Positions 21,733-32,895 of a stretch of DNA of 64,000 bases are shown one piece after another. The notes beneath the pieces are model-generated. The model ran no database searches. It saw only the letters and a list, made by a program, of their open reading frames with translations, and was not told where the DNA came from. Position numbers and translations under genes: made by a program. Every line of letters begins with the position of its first letter. Position 1 is the first letter of the stretch. The stretch lies in NCBI GenBank assembly GCA_965202625.1, contig CBDBBI010000010.1, positions 768,001 to 832,000 of the forward strand, in the 5' to 3' direction. Source of the stretch: a bacterium. Lineage in GTDB: Bacteria > UBA8248.

Positions 21733-21936
21733 TCAATAACCCGCTCACCGCTCATGATTCTCTAGAGTGAGGTATCTGCATCATCTATGTTTCTGGCGAG
21801 TTTCCGAAATCCCTAGCATCCGGGGTTGCGCCATGCGCAACCTTTCCATACACTTCACCTGCTTTTATGGAATGGCATATTCAGAATCACATTGATTTCA
21901 AGACACACTATCACTTTTGGCGAGGCGAGGACAGTA

Positions 21937-22257
21937 ATGGAGTGTACGCTTTTAGAAGCACCTATAGAATGTAACTTTGCGGTCAAGGGTTCCAACGGCC
22001 AAAATAAATGCGCATACAATGGGAATTCATGTCTTCCTGTAGTGGAAGAATGTCTTGCAGGCGATGATGGGAAAGCGTGCGAACATATCGTGAACTTACC
22101 GAAAGGGCAATTTTGCTCCAAATTCCCCAACCCAGAAAATCGTTGGGAACGCGGCAGATGTCCTCTCGCCACACATATCAAAGTCGATTTCGAAGCCCCT
22201 CTGGAGAAAAAACTAAACCCGCTCAAAGCTTCGAAGAGGGCCGCCAGAGGAAATTAA
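21937..22257 (+). CDS. PxxKW-family cysteine-rich protein
   Basis: CLPVVEEC, FPNPENRW..GRCPLATH and KLNPLKASKR motifs. Confidence 0.8.
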   Translation: MECTLLEAPIECNFAVKGSNGQNKCAYNGNSCLPVVEECLAGDDGKACEHIVNLPKGQFCSKFPNPENRWERGRCPLATHIKVDFEAPLEKKLNPLKASKRAARGN

Positions 22258-22332
22258 AGGAAAATTCACCCCCATCAAAAATCAAACCGCCTCTCCTCAA
22301 GTGCGAGTTTATTTTTGATGTTGAAACGAACC

Positions 22333-24051
22333 CTAAGCCGATAAAAGAGCCAAAACCCCTGCAACAACAAATATCTGATCGGCAGCCACCTCCATCAATC
22401 CACCATGCCCCAAAATTTTCCGAGAATACCAGTAGAGGCATGCCCCCGCATAAAGAACCGGAATGAACATGGTATGACCGAAGGAGGAATCCACCCATCC
22501 ATTCAAAGAAGCGCTGAGAAGAACAACTGCCAATGCGGCGCAAAGCGATCCTAAAAGGGCTTCAGTCCGTTCTTTTCCGAAAACAATCGGTAATGTTCTT
22601 TTCCCCACGATTCGGTCACCTTGAATATCTCTTAACTCCATCAAGCCGGTACGGAAGAAAATGAGACCAAAAGCAACACATATGGATACTACCCAGCTTG
22701 CGGAAGTCCACTGAGGATTCGCTAATGCGGGCAAAAACGCCATACTGAAAACCCAGCCCGACGTGACCATCAAGATTTTTGAGGAGGGAAAGTTTATCGC
22801 CTGCCCCACGAGTGCACGAGGTTCAAACCATAGACTGTAAAAAATAGCCCAAACCAACCCCAAGATCATGATGCCCCCGGCCAAGGGGGAAGCAATTATT
22901 CCAAACACGATAGACGTAAAAGCGGCAATCCCACTCAAAGACAATAATACGGTCTTGTACCTCTCATAGAACTGCGCTCGATTGGGTTCGTTGTATCTGT
23001 CCGCCTCATAGCTGATACAACGATTTATCGTATGCGCGGCGAAAAGATACAGACCTGCCGTCATGGCAAGCCTCATTGAGGGCGGAAAACCACCCAATTT
23101 TGTGATGGCGACGCTACCCAATAACGCAGATACGAAAAGAAGCACGTTCGCCCTTGATAGCACTTTAAGGATAGCGAAAATTTTGTCTACTCGATTTGGG
23201 TTTGGATCAGGGATCGCTTCAATGCGATTCACGACACGCCGTATCATCCAGTCCGGCGTAGAGGCACCCGCAGTGACGGCGATGTTTTCATAATTCTGGA
23301 AAAACTTCTCATCAATTTCATCTTCGGTTTCAATGAGAATCGATTCCGCGCCCCCTTCCTGCGCCACTTCCATTAGGCGGTTCGTGTTGCCGCTATTGCG
23401 ACCTCCGACGACGACCACCAGATCAACATTGGGTGCTAGTCTCTTGACCTCTTCTTGTCGAACTTCCGTTGCATCACAAATCGTGTTAAATATTTTCGCT
23501 TGGGGATATCTCGCAAAAATGGCTTCTTCCACGTCTCTCCATTCGCGCATGTTGATGGTAGTCTGCGCAACGACAACAACTGGTTGGTCGCCGATATCCG
23601 GTAATTTGGACACATCTTCCATACACGTAATCAGGTGACTACCGGCCTCTGCATACCCCCTATGTCCTTCTACTTCCGGATGGCTTTTCTCGCCGATGAC
23701 TACCGTAAAAGCACCCAAGCGGGAATGTTTTCTGATGATCCCATGCACCTTGGCGACTAGGGGACACGTCGCATCTCTAAGGCTCGCCCCTGAGCGTCTT
23801 AGGCGATCGCGCACCTGCGGCGAGATGCCATGCGCCCGAATGACCACGAGACTCGTATTACTCGGCGTCTCTTGGGGATCGGAGGCGAAAACGCTTTTCT
23901 TCTCTAACAGCTTGATTGTTTGAGGATTATGAATCAAGGGTCCATGAGTGAGAACCCCGCTGGCCGTCTCATTGGCCGTGTCCAATGCAATGTCGAGTGC
24001 TCTTTCCACTCCCCAGCAAAAACCAGCCGTCTTGGCTATCTTGACTCGCAA
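22333..24051 (-). CDS. ispH: 4-hydroxy-3-methylbut-2-enyl diphosphate reductase fused to a UbiA-like membrane domain
   Basis: AGFCWGVERA, IRAHG, DATCPLV, HPEV, QTT, TICDAT, SGNT and TAGASTP, then about 290 aa of multi-TM sequence with ELRDIQGDRIVGKRTLP. Confidence 0.92.
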   Translation of the reverse strand: MRVKIAKTAGFCWGVERALDIALDTANETASGVLTHGPLIHNPQTIKLLEKKSVFASDPQETPSNTSLVVIRAHGISPQVRDRLRRSGASLRDATCPLVAKVHGIIRKHSRLGAFTVVIGEKSHPEVEGHRGYAEAGSHLITCMEDVSKLPDIGDQPVVVVAQTTINMREWRDVEEAIFARYPQAKIFNTICDATEVRQEEVKRLAPNVDLVVVVGGRNSGNTNRLMEVAQEGGAESILIETEDEIDEKFFQNYENIAVTAGASTPDWMIRRVVNRIEAIPDPNPNRVDKIFAILKVLSRANVLLFVSALLGSVAITKLGGFPPSMRLAMTAGLYLFAAHTINRCISYEADRYNEPNRAQFYERYKTVLLSLSGIAAFTSIVFGIIASPLAGGIMILGLVWAIFYSLWFEPRALVGQAINFPSSKILMVTSGWVFSMAFLPALANPQWTSASWVVSICVAFGLIFFRTGLMELRDIQGDRIVGKRTLPIVFGKERTEALLGSLCAALAVVLLSASLNGWVDSSFGHTMFIPVLYAGACLYWYSRKILGHGGLMEVAADQIFVVAGVLALLSA

Positions 24052-24148
24052 TAAAAAACCCTTCCGGAAGCAGAATACTCCTTCACTATATCAAGTAAAC
24101 ATATAACCCTATTTCGATTCACATGCAATACTGTAATCAGATATGGGG

Positions 24149-24694
24149 TTAGTCCCGCTCTGAAGGGAGGGGAAACTCGAATCGAGACTCAATAAGAGGT
24201 GGCACATTTCCTATTGTTCCGAGAGCAAATATTCGAAACCACCCTCCAGAAGCATTCAGAATTACCTCGCCAACGGTTCTTGGGAGCTCAAAGCGTTTTG
24301 GGCCACAGCTACCGGGATTGAAGAACACAACCTCGTCAACCATCTTGCAAAGGGGTCGGTGCGTATGGCCAAAAACAACCAAATCCGCTTCGTTTTTCCG
24401 GAGAAGTTCTTGGAATTCGAGCGATAGCTCCCCTTGACGCCAAACGACATGTTGAACCATGATGCGCCAACCCGCCAGCGTGATTTTTGACCTCACGGCC
24501 GCCAAGCCGGGAACGTCTACATTCCCTAAAACACAAATGAGGGGAGCAATATTTTCAAGTGTTGGTAATATGAAGTCGGAACCCACATCCCCAGCATGAA
24601 GGATATAATCCGCGCCTTCACAAAACTTGACGACCTCTTGGGGAAGACGCCCATGCGTGTCTGACAAAACACATAACCTGACACTCAAGCTCAT
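24149..24694 (-). CDS. YfcE-like metallophosphoesterase
   Basis: SDTHG, HAGDVG, GNVD, FGHTH and NPGS motifs. Confidence 0.92.
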   Translation of the reverse strand: MSLSVRLCVLSDTHGRLPQEVVKFCEGADYILHAGDVGSDFILPTLENIAPLICVLGNVDVPGLAAVRSKITLAGWRIMVQHVVWRQGELSLEFQELLRKNEADLVVFGHTHRPLCKMVDEVVFFNPGSCGPKRFELPRTVGEVILNASGGWFRIFALGTIGNVPPLIESRFEFPLPSERD

Positions 24695-24974
24695 TCTCTC
24701 TCGTCCCCATGGTCTTTAGCGCAAAGCATGAGACGCTCCCCCATTCTGCAGACCATGAATGAAATCAGTAACGAGCGTCCCTTCGGGCAGATGTGTGCAA
24801 GATAAATGAATTTCCCATCTCAGTATGAGGAAAAAATAAGCTAAGCCAAAGAACCTTCTTGGGCATCTGGGGAGGGAGCGTCCAAGAGAACCCGTAATCG
24901 CTTGAAACGCGATATGCCCATGGGCCATGCTCCAAGCCTACATCTCGGAGACATGCTCGAATAACTCGTCGCCT

Positions 24975-25700
24975 CTATGATGAAATAAACTCAAAACTAC
25001 CGACAAACGTATCGAATGTCCGAAGCCCGGAATCAAATATCAATACATGGTCGATATAATAAAATTCATACAGCTTTCCCTTTCTTAGAAACACCACGAC
25101 CTTGCCACGGTAACTCACCGAACGCGATGAGAAGAGGGAATCATATCGAAATTTGCGCTCCTCTTTGAGCTCCTCTCCTGTCTGAGCTCCTCCAAATGAT
25201 AAACTTTCGTTAAGATGTTTAAGAGCAAGTTCTCTGGACCGCAAAGTCGGTCTTCTGCCCATCTTGCCCCTCAAATAAAATTCGCCGCGAAGCGCGCCCT
25301 GAGCGTTCGATAATTCTATCGCCTCATCAAAGGATGCATAAAGACTCCCTTTCACGGAACGCATATCGACAAATGGAGTGCTCAACATACGTCGATAGAT
25401 ATATCGCATCTCATCCATAAACGTCGCCTTTGAGGAATAATGCCGAGGGAGAACTTGCAGTGCTATGACTCCCCCCGTGTATGGATTGTCAAAATACAGA
25501 ACAGAAGTCGTCGGATCGTTTAACGCTAAAACATTGGCGACATCAGGCGCTTTACGCCAAACGCCGGATAATATCTTCCGTATCCGAAATCTATGCTCAG
25601 GAAATATGTAATGTGTCTTTGACTCTTGTAGACCAACGCAACCAGACAACAAAACGGCGATCAGGAATAAAGCAAATAACGCACGCATATATTTTCGCAC
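24975..25700 (-). CDS. Hypothetical lipoprotein
   Basis: Signal peptide with lipobox LLSGC; no family recognised. Confidence 0.7.
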   Translation of the reverse strand: MRKYMRALFALFLIAVLLSGCVGLQESKTHYIFPEHRFRIRKILSGVWRKAPDVANVLALNDPTTSVLYFDNPYTGGVIALQVLPRHYSSKATFMDEMRYIYRRMLSTPFVDMRSVKGSLYASFDEAIELSNAQGALRGEFYLRGKMGRRPTLRSRELALKHLNESLSFGGAQTGEELKEERKFRYDSLFSSRSVSYRGKVVVFLRKGKLYEFYYIDHVLIFDSGLRTFDTFVGSFEFISS

Positions 25701-25776
25701 CCAGAAAATCTACCGGTGGCACATTCCTCGTTGCCCTAGGAAAATAATCAATATGTGTTCCAAATTCAAGGAAACC

Positions 25777-26637
25777 CTAAGCGCGTGACCTCCCTCCTAA
25801 TACGATACCTATCAATATACTCAAACAAACGAGAAGCCGGGTAGTCGTAGGACTTTCCTCGAGCAGCCACCACGCCAATGCAGTGGCGATCAACGGTTCT
25901 CCCACGACGGCAAGCGCCACTTTTCCAGAATGCAAATGTCCGAGCGCGTAGTTGACGGCGGTATGGCCAACCAATGTCGGAATGAGGATCATAGCGACCA
26001 AAAGCAGCCAGGTATTGAGGGCGTATCCGGTGAGGGGTTGTTCGAAGACGAGAGCTGCGCCGCAGAGCAAAAGGCCGCTCAACCCATAACAAACGGTGAC
26101 ATACGTCGCCACGGGGATTTTCAATCTGAGTTTTCGGCCACACAACATATAGGCCGAGGCCATAACAGCTCCGGACAAGGCGAGAGAATTTCCCCCAAAG
26201 CTACCTTCCCAGCCCCAAAAGTCGGAATACGCTAAGGCCGCGCTCCCCGCAACCGCCATCAGCGCACCCAACCAAAAATTTCTTCCCTCCCTCTCGCCCA
26301 AAAAAAGAACACCGCCGATGCCTGCAAATATTGGGTTCGTCGTCACAAGGACAACGGAGCTCGCCACGGACGTATGCGACAGCGACTCTATCCAAAACGC
26401 GAAATGGAACGCTAAAAACGTACCCGAGCCCGCCCAAATAATTTTTTCCTTTCCCGATAAAGCGTTCCAGACGCCAATGACGCTCCTCCCTGTAAACGGA
26501 AGCAACAATAAAGCGCCACCCCCCATGCGGTACGCCGCCATGGCCAAGGGCTGCGCATCCGCCAATCGTATCAATACGGCAGAAAAGCCAAGGGCGATGA
26601 CCCCCACAGACAAATAGAAATACAAGGGAGCTCTCAT
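25777..26637 (-). CDS. DMT/EamA family transporter
   Basis: HFAFWIESLSHTSVASSVVLVTTNPIF and PTLVGH motifs. Confidence 0.92.
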   Translation of the reverse strand: MRAPLYFYLSVGVIALGFSAVLIRLADAQPLAMAAYRMGGGALLLLPFTGRSVIGVWNALSGKEKIIWAGSGTFLAFHFAFWIESLSHTSVASSVVLVTTNPIFAGIGGVLFLGEREGRNFWLGALMAVAGSAALAYSDFWGWEGSFGGNSLALSGAVMASAYMLCGRKLRLKIPVATYVTVCYGLSGLLLCGAALVFEQPLTGYALNTWLLLVAMILIPTLVGHTAVNYALGHLHSGKVALAVVGEPLIATALAWWLLEESPTTTRLLVCLSILIGIVLGGRSRA

Positions 26638-26688
26638 GATTCTAAAAGCCAGACCAATATGGGGTGATACGCTGGATCCGGAAGATGC

Positions 26689-27471
26689 TCAGAACTCACC
26701 CAGAAACTGTGAGATGGCATCGCCAACTACCCTCGGTTGTTCCAGCATCACCATATGACCCGCCTTTGAGATGATGGACAACTTCGCATGGGACATCTTA
26801 TCCATGAGAAATTGCGAGTATTTCGGAGGCGTCAAGAGGTCGTCTTCTCCACATAGGATCAAAGCGGGCGTGGAGATGGATTCTAACTTCTCGATCACGT
26901 CAAACCGATCACAGGCGACAAAATCATGGTACAAGGTATCTACATGGCATTCCAGCAAACTGCGAGCCCCCTCTTGGGCAAAGGATGGGTCAGCCGCTGG
27001 GGAAAAAGCATAACCAATAATTTCATTCACAGTTTCTTCGAAATGGTTCTTGACGCCTCCTAAAATCGAATCCCTTACCCTGAGCTTCGCACCAGTGCCA
27101 ATCAGAACAACGCCATTCAACAATTCAGGATCCGATAAAACGCTTTCAAGAACCACGGCGCCTCCCATTGAATGCCCGGCCAGACAAATGGATTTGAACT
27201 TCTTCGCCTCTATGAATTGAAGAACAACCCGCCTATATTCTTTGATATCTGAGATTTGGGCGATGCTGGATGCCCCATGGCCGGGTAATTCAAGAGCGAG
27301 GCTTCTAATGCTCCGCTCGGCCAGATCACGCATTAAAGGTATCCAGGCGTCCCGATTGCCCCCCGCCCCATGAATGCACAAGACGACGCACGCCGACGCA
27401 CCGGGGCCAGCCTCGCAATACGCAATTCTATAATCTGATATATCCAGAATCGCTTGACGCAGCCAGGACAA
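26689..27471 (-). CDS. Alpha/beta hydrolase
   Basis: HGAGG, GHSMGG nucleophile elbow, GEDDLLTP and GHMVMLE motifs. Confidence 0.92.
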   Translation of the reverse strand: MSWLRQAILDISDYRIAYCEAGPGASACVVLCIHGAGGNRDAWIPLMRDLAERSIRSLALELPGHGASSIAQISDIKEYRRVVLQFIEAKKFKSICLAGHSMGGAVVLESVLSDPELLNGVVLIGTGAKLRVRDSILGGVKNHFEETVNEIIGYAFSPAADPSFAQEGARSLLECHVDTLYHDFVACDRFDVIEKLESISTPALILCGEDDLLTPPKYSQFLMDKMSHAKLSIISKAGHMVMLEQPRVVGDAISQFLGEF

Positions 27472-27516
27472 GAAGCAGGATTTCCTTAAATTACGAGCGG
27501 GCCATAGGGTCGAGTT

Positions 27517-27843
27517 CTAAAGAGCGCGATCAATTGCGGCCTGCAAGTCCGCTTTCGATTTCACTCCTACGACCTGTTCCACAACCTCTCCCCCCTTAAA
27601 CAACATCAGTGTCGGAATCCCCCGAATACCAAATTTCGCCGGAACCGACGGATTTTCATCAATGTTCAACTTTCCTATACGAACCTTGCCCTCATACTCT
27701 TGAGCGAGGGATTCCACCGTGGGGGCAATCATCTTACAAGGAGCGCACCACTCCGCCCAAAAATCAACCAAAGTAGGCGTATCAGAAGCAATTACATCTG
27801 CCTCAAAGTTTTGGTCCGTAAACTCCAAAATACCTTCCCCCAT
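27517..27843 (-). CDS. trxA: Thioredoxin
   Basis: DFWAEWCAPCKMIAP and IRGIPTL motifs. Confidence 0.97.
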   Translation of the reverse strand: MGEGILEFTDQNFEADVIASDTPTLVDFWAEWCAPCKMIAPTVESLAQEYEGKVRIGKLNIDENPSVPAKFGIRGIPTLMLFKGGEVVEQVVGVKSKADLQAAIDRAL

Positions 27844-28098
27844 TTCATTTCCTCCAAAATCAGACTTTCAAAAAATACGCAAGCCGCCGAAAAGCGCGCT
27901 AAAAGGGCACCCTCAAAACTTCTGGGCCATTGATGGCCATAACTTCTTGACCAGCCAAACGTGGAGCATCATTTCCCATCGGTTGTTAGGCGTCAAGCAC
28001 TTTTGCGCCCTTCATAAAAGGTTTTAGGGGGTCAACTGGATCACGAACCCTTATTGGAAAATGAAGACATCGCGCGCACAAAAGCACCTCAAGATCAC

Positions 28099-31080
28099 TC
28101 AGGACACCTCTACCGGCTCTTCTCCCGGAATCTCACTTACCAAGACCTGTCTTCGCTTCACGCCATCGGCTGGACCTATGATTCCCTCTTGTTCCATACG
28201 CTCAATGATGCGCGCTGCCCTGTTATACCCAATACGCAAATGTCTCTGAATGAGGGAGATGGACGCTTCGCGCGTTCTGGATACAAGCGCAATCGCATCG
28301 TCATACCTCTCATCATACTCTTCATCATTCGATTCGCTTGAAGACGCGCTCTCCTCTTCCACAAACCAACTATCATGAAATACCGCTGCCCCTTGAGATT
28401 TCCAGTGTCCGACCAATTGCGAAATCTCATTATCCGAAACGTATGCTCCGTGAATACGAACCGGGATATTCGAACCAGGCGGCACGAAAAGCATATCGCC
28501 TTTGCCCAAAAGGCGTTCCGCCCCGTTTGCGTCCAAAATCGTTCGTGAGTCCGTCCTCGTAGCGACGCGGAGCGCCATTCTCGAGGGAAAATTCGCTTTT
28601 ATAAGACCTGTAAGAACATCCACCGAAGGACGTTGAGTCGCCACTAGCAAATGGATGCCAGAAGCGCGAGCCATTTGGGCCAACCTCGTCATCGATTCTT
28701 CCACTTCACGTCGCGCGACCATCATCAAATCCGCCAATTCGTCAATTACTACAACGATATATGGAAGAAAATCGAGTGATGCGTCGCCCTCCGATAGAGG
28801 CTCCTTTAATCTTCGCTTCGTCTCTTGCTCGCCCAATCGCCGCGCTATCGATTCATTGTAACTCTGAATGTTCCTCACCCCCGCCTCGCTCATTACTTTA
28901 TAGCGCTGCTCCATCTCCGCCAGGACGCCCCTTAGACCGGCGGCGGCTTTTTTGGGTTCAGTCACCACGGGCACGAGCTGATGAGGAATGCCTTCATATA
29001 TCGATAGCTCCAGCATTTTGGGGTCGATCATCAAAAAGCGAACCTCTCTTGGCGTACATCTTGACAAGAGGCTACAAATCATCATGTTCAGAGCAACGCT
29101 TTTCCCTGAACCAGTTGTTCCCGCGATGAGAAGATGCGGAATTTTAGCCAAATCCGTAAACGCCGTTCTCCCTAAAATGTCCTTGCCCAAACCCATGGTC
29201 AATTTCGCTTCCGCCTTTTTGAACTCCTTTGATGCCAACACTTCTTTCGCAAATACTGCATCGCGTTCGATGTTGGGAACCTCAATGCCTACGACTGGTT
29301 TTCCTGGTATTGGAGCAACTATGCGAACGCTAAGAGCGGACAGGGCACGGGCAAGATCATCTGCGAGGCCAGAGATTTTAGAGACCTTCACTCCTGGGGC
29401 GGGGTCATACTCGAAAATGGTAATGACTGGACCGGTTTTTACCTCCTTGACTTTTCCAACGACGCCAAATTCTTTTAGCGTTTGTTCAAGAAGCAGTGAT
29501 TTTTCACGTATGCCTGCTTCGTCAACTACCCGCCCTCGAGGGGGCGGATCCGCAAAAATATCCAACGAAGGCAGCATATATTCTTTATTCGATTTAGTGA
29601 TTCGCTTGTCCTTTTTGGGGGATTCCGCCCGTGCGTTGGATTGAACCAAGGAATTGTCCTCAAGCCTGACAGTCTGTGATTCTCTCTCATCTCCCGCGTG
29701 TCGGACTTTCACGTCCACAGCTGGTGCTTCGATCTCTGTTGAATGTTTAGCATCCGTTGACATCGAATCGAGAAACGACTCAGACCGCTTCTCTCCCGTG
29801 AAAGTCTTCTCCCCCGCTTGGAGCAAAAAATAATCATCGTCATCCATACTTTTTTTCTTCCAAATCCGTAATCCTACAGTCGCCGACTTCCTTTGAGTCT
29901 CCCCTTCGTCCCTTTCAGGAGTGATATTTTCTTCTCTTTCCGCAGTTGTAACAATTGGGGACAAGCTCTCATTTTTTTTATCGCCAACAGGCCATGAAGC
30001 ATCATCTTTCTGAAGACAGGCTTTACCCTCAGAACTCGCCACAGGTTCAGGCAAAATACTCGGGGTATTTTTAGGAGAAATCAATTCATCCTCCGCTGCG
30101 GGCCCGCACAACGCCAGCAATTTCCGCGCCGAAAATTTTCCGCCACCAAAAAACGAGGGCCCATTTTCCACCAAAAAGCGAGAATGGCGCCCGCCATTTT
30201 CTTGAATCTTCTCTTGACTCGAAAAAGACATATCATCCGGCTCCGCAATTAATTCGCCAATATCGGTTTGTAGGGAGTTCGGCGTGCTATTCGAGCCATT
30301 CTGCTCGTCATCCGATTCATGCGGATAGAAACGTCTCCTCTCCTCATCCCCATAGCTGGCCGCCGGCTCACCACGTGATTCCCGCATGCTCGGACGCGAA
30401 AAAAAATTCGTGGGCAGAGAAACCGATTTTTTAGCGGTGGATACAACCCATCCGGCCATTCGTCGGGCAACCTTTCTCAAGATCATAAATAAGCGAGACA
30501 AAAACCACACATGCGCATTCGCAAACCTAGAAATCGCTTTTTTGACGGAGAAACCAGTCGTGGCAACAAAAGCAGTCAAAAAAACAAAACTAAGCGTCAC
30601 CCAGCTTCCCGGGCTGCCCAAGTATTCATCCAACAACGTCACGACGCCATAGCCAATAAGTCCACCGGGCAATATCGTCGCACCAAAAAGGGGGTCAATC
30701 TCAAATGTCTTAAAAAGCAGCCCCGACGCACTCAGAAGCAAAACCAAACCCAGCAACTCCCGCCAACCTAGTCGCCACGACCGCAAACCTGCGAATGTAG
30801 TGACACCCCAAACAATCAAACCAAGGGGTATCAAAGCTGAGAAGGCACCAAATATCTGAACCATTGCGCCGGCAACGTAGGCGCCCACGGCTCCCCCATA
30901 ATTTTGAATCAACCACTGTTTATTGACATATGAGCCCCAAGCCGGGTCGCCAGGATCAAAAGTCCACAGCGCCATCGCCAGAAAAACGCCAAAGCCGATC
31001 AGGAATAGACCAACGATTTCGTGGGTTCTCTCAGAAAATGAGCAAGATTCGGATTGGGTCCCCGAGTGACGGACAGGCAT
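28099..31080 (-). CDS. ftsK: DNA translocase FtsK
   Basis: N-terminal 4TM domain, long low-complexity linker, PHLLIAGTTGSGKS, IDPKMLEL, ATQRPSVDV and gamma domain IGYNRAARII. The start is uncertain (31080 or 31179). Confidence 0.96.
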   Translation of the reverse strand: MPVRHSGTQSESCSFSERTHEIVGLFLIGFGVFLAMALWTFDPGDPAWGSYVNKQWLIQNYGGAVGAYVAGAMVQIFGAFSALIPLGLIVWGVTTFAGLRSWRLGWRELLGLVLLLSASGLLFKTFEIDPLFGATILPGGLIGYGVVTLLDEYLGSPGSWVTLSFVFLTAFVATTGFSVKKAISRFANAHVWFLSRLFMILRKVARRMAGWVVSTAKKSVSLPTNFFSRPSMRESRGEPAASYGDEERRRFYPHESDDEQNGSNSTPNSLQTDIGELIAEPDDMSFSSQEKIQENGGRHSRFLVENGPSFFGGGKFSARKLLALCGPAAEDELISPKNTPSILPEPVASSEGKACLQKDDASWPVGDKKNESLSPIVTTAEREENITPERDEGETQRKSATVGLRIWKKKSMDDDDYFLLQAGEKTFTGEKRSESFLDSMSTDAKHSTEIEAPAVDVKVRHAGDERESQTVRLEDNSLVQSNARAESPKKDKRITKSNKEYMLPSLDIFADPPPRGRVVDEAGIREKSLLLEQTLKEFGVVGKVKEVKTGPVITIFEYDPAPGVKVSKISGLADDLARALSALSVRIVAPIPGKPVVGIEVPNIERDAVFAKEVLASKEFKKAEAKLTMGLGKDILGRTAFTDLAKIPHLLIAGTTGSGKSVALNMMICSLLSRCTPREVRFLMIDPKMLELSIYEGIPHQLVPVVTEPKKAAAGLRGVLAEMEQRYKVMSEAGVRNIQSYNESIARRLGEQETKRRLKEPLSEGDASLDFLPYIVVVIDELADLMMVARREVEESMTRLAQMARASGIHLLVATQRPSVDVLTGLIKANFPSRMALRVATRTDSRTILDANGAERLLGKGDMLFVPPGSNIPVRIHGAYVSDNEISQLVGHWKSQGAAVFHDSWFVEEESASSSESNDEEYDERYDDAIALVSRTREASISLIQRHLRIGYNRAARIIERMEQEGIIGPADGVKRRQVLVSEIPGEEPVEVS

Positions 31081-31236
31081 ATATACAACCTCATTATCCC
31101 ACCAAAAACTCTGATTAGGATACACATCCTCGGGCAGAGGGAACCTAGAAACATTATCAAATTCTCTCAGGAAGGGCAAGAAAAATTTGAGGTTGTAGAA
31201 TTAGGTATCATCAATTCCTATAGGTTTGCCTCTCTC

Positions 31237-31288
31237 CTGGTGCCCAGCCCCAAGTCGGATGAGCCTAAAATTTGGGGCTGGGCACCAG
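31237..31288. repeat. 17-bp inverted repeat (terminator-like hairpin) upstream of ftsK
   Basis: ctggtgcccagccccaa ... ttggggctgggcaccag. Confidence 0.6.
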
Positions 31289-31691
31289 TTAGCGTCTAAA
31301 TGAGCGTGGATTTTCCCTTACCAGTTGGTCTATCATTTCTTTAAGCTCTTCGGCGGCTGCTTTTTGAAACGCTATCATCACTTCTATTGATGGTCTTTTA
31401 AGAATTATCCTTCCTGGATAGCTCCTCAGATATTCTTGTGCTTTTCCAACTAGAGTTTCTGAGTTGTTCCACTATTTCTAAACTCTTCAGTTGTATTGAG
31501 AATCGGAAAGCGACCTACAATAAAGTAAGTCTCATAAATAGCCGACTCAGATTTCCTGTCCGGGATTCAAGCAGAGTGAGGTGGTCTACGACCATGAACG
31601 ATCTCATTTGGCGCCCAGTCCCCAAGCCGAATGAGTTAATTTGATAAATCTAAAGGGCTAGGGCGTCTAGATATTTGGGCTTAGGCTGATC

Positions 31692-32194
31692 CTAAGCTTC
31701 AGGTTGAGGTTCGGGCTCGGGCTCACGCTGAGGAACGTCTGGTTCCTCTTCAAGCAGGTGAATCAACTCCATTTTAGCACCTATTATGACGGATAACATC
31801 CACTCGTATGTCAAAGATTCTCGGTCTTTTCGTGCTTCTTTAGAAATACGAGGACGCTTACCTTTCTTTCTCTAACCCATTCATCCCTCCAGTCCTTGAG
31901 TCTTACAGAAGCTGGAAGAGCATTAAATCTTTCCTTTGCTCTCTCGAGAGCACGTTTTCCAGACTCGCATGAGTCCATACCGTTCATATAGTCATCACGG
32001 TGAGTTTCAAAATCAGGTGGGATTTCTCGGTTCAGATACTTAATCGACCCACGAATAAGCACACTTAACAAAATCTGCATCTCTCTGTATCTCTTGGGTT
32101 CTTGCGCAGTGTGTGATATAATACTCACTTTGATTCTCCCTTCCGACGCCCTAGCCCTAAGCCGGATGAGCGAAGCTGATGGGAATAGCCTCAA
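31692..32194 (-). pseudogene. Hypothetical protein, probably frameshifted
   Basis: The 127-aa ORF 31811-32194 continues in another frame as KGKRPRISKEARKDRESLTYEWMLS...EPEPEPQPEA*; AT-richer than its flanks. Confidence 0.4.
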
Positions 32195-32895
32195 ATGAAT
32201 TCAGAGTGGAAAGGAGACGAGTGCCCTATCACTCACATCTCTCAATGGCGAACTCATGGAATACAGTCTCGAATCAAACCAACACCACCAAGGGGTGATA
32301 GCGATGTTTTCCGCTTTCCACAACGAGCTGTCATCAGGCAGATGACTATCTAATCCCCGAATCAAATCATCTTCAACCAAGTTTGCGCCTCGCCACGCCA
32401 CATCGGCAATTCTCGTCGTCTTTTATCCGAGCGGCTCACGCCCAGAACGCGCATTTCAGATTGTTTGTTCCGGGAAATGACTTCGCGCCTCATAGCTCCC
32501 ATCCAAATTTGGCATAGGTTTTTCCCCGCCAGCTCTCGACAGTCCCAGTGCTTCCATCTTCGCTCCGAGGGCAGTCATCATCTCAGATTGTCATGAATCC
32601 CTCGCGCAGGTGGATACGACACCAGCATGCAATACGGATAAAGACAGAATATAGTCCACGCCCTCGGACACCATTTGTACCCATTTTAGGGTATGACAAC
32701 GATTTAAAAGCGTGTTCTCTACTTTCTGCTCCTAGGGTAGTATCAAACGACGACAAATCTAGCGGTGCGCAGCACCTCGGGTCACTGCAACCAACCCCGG
32801 AATGTCCGGTGCTTGCCGATTTAACTCTTCTCCGTATTGTTGATGGTAGGGACTCACAAGGAGGACGCCGCCATGCGATAAAAGGGAAGTTCTCC

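Noticed and set aside
24716-24928. 70-aa ORF between the phosphoesterase and the lipoprotein
   Set aside because: No motif or convincing coding signal.
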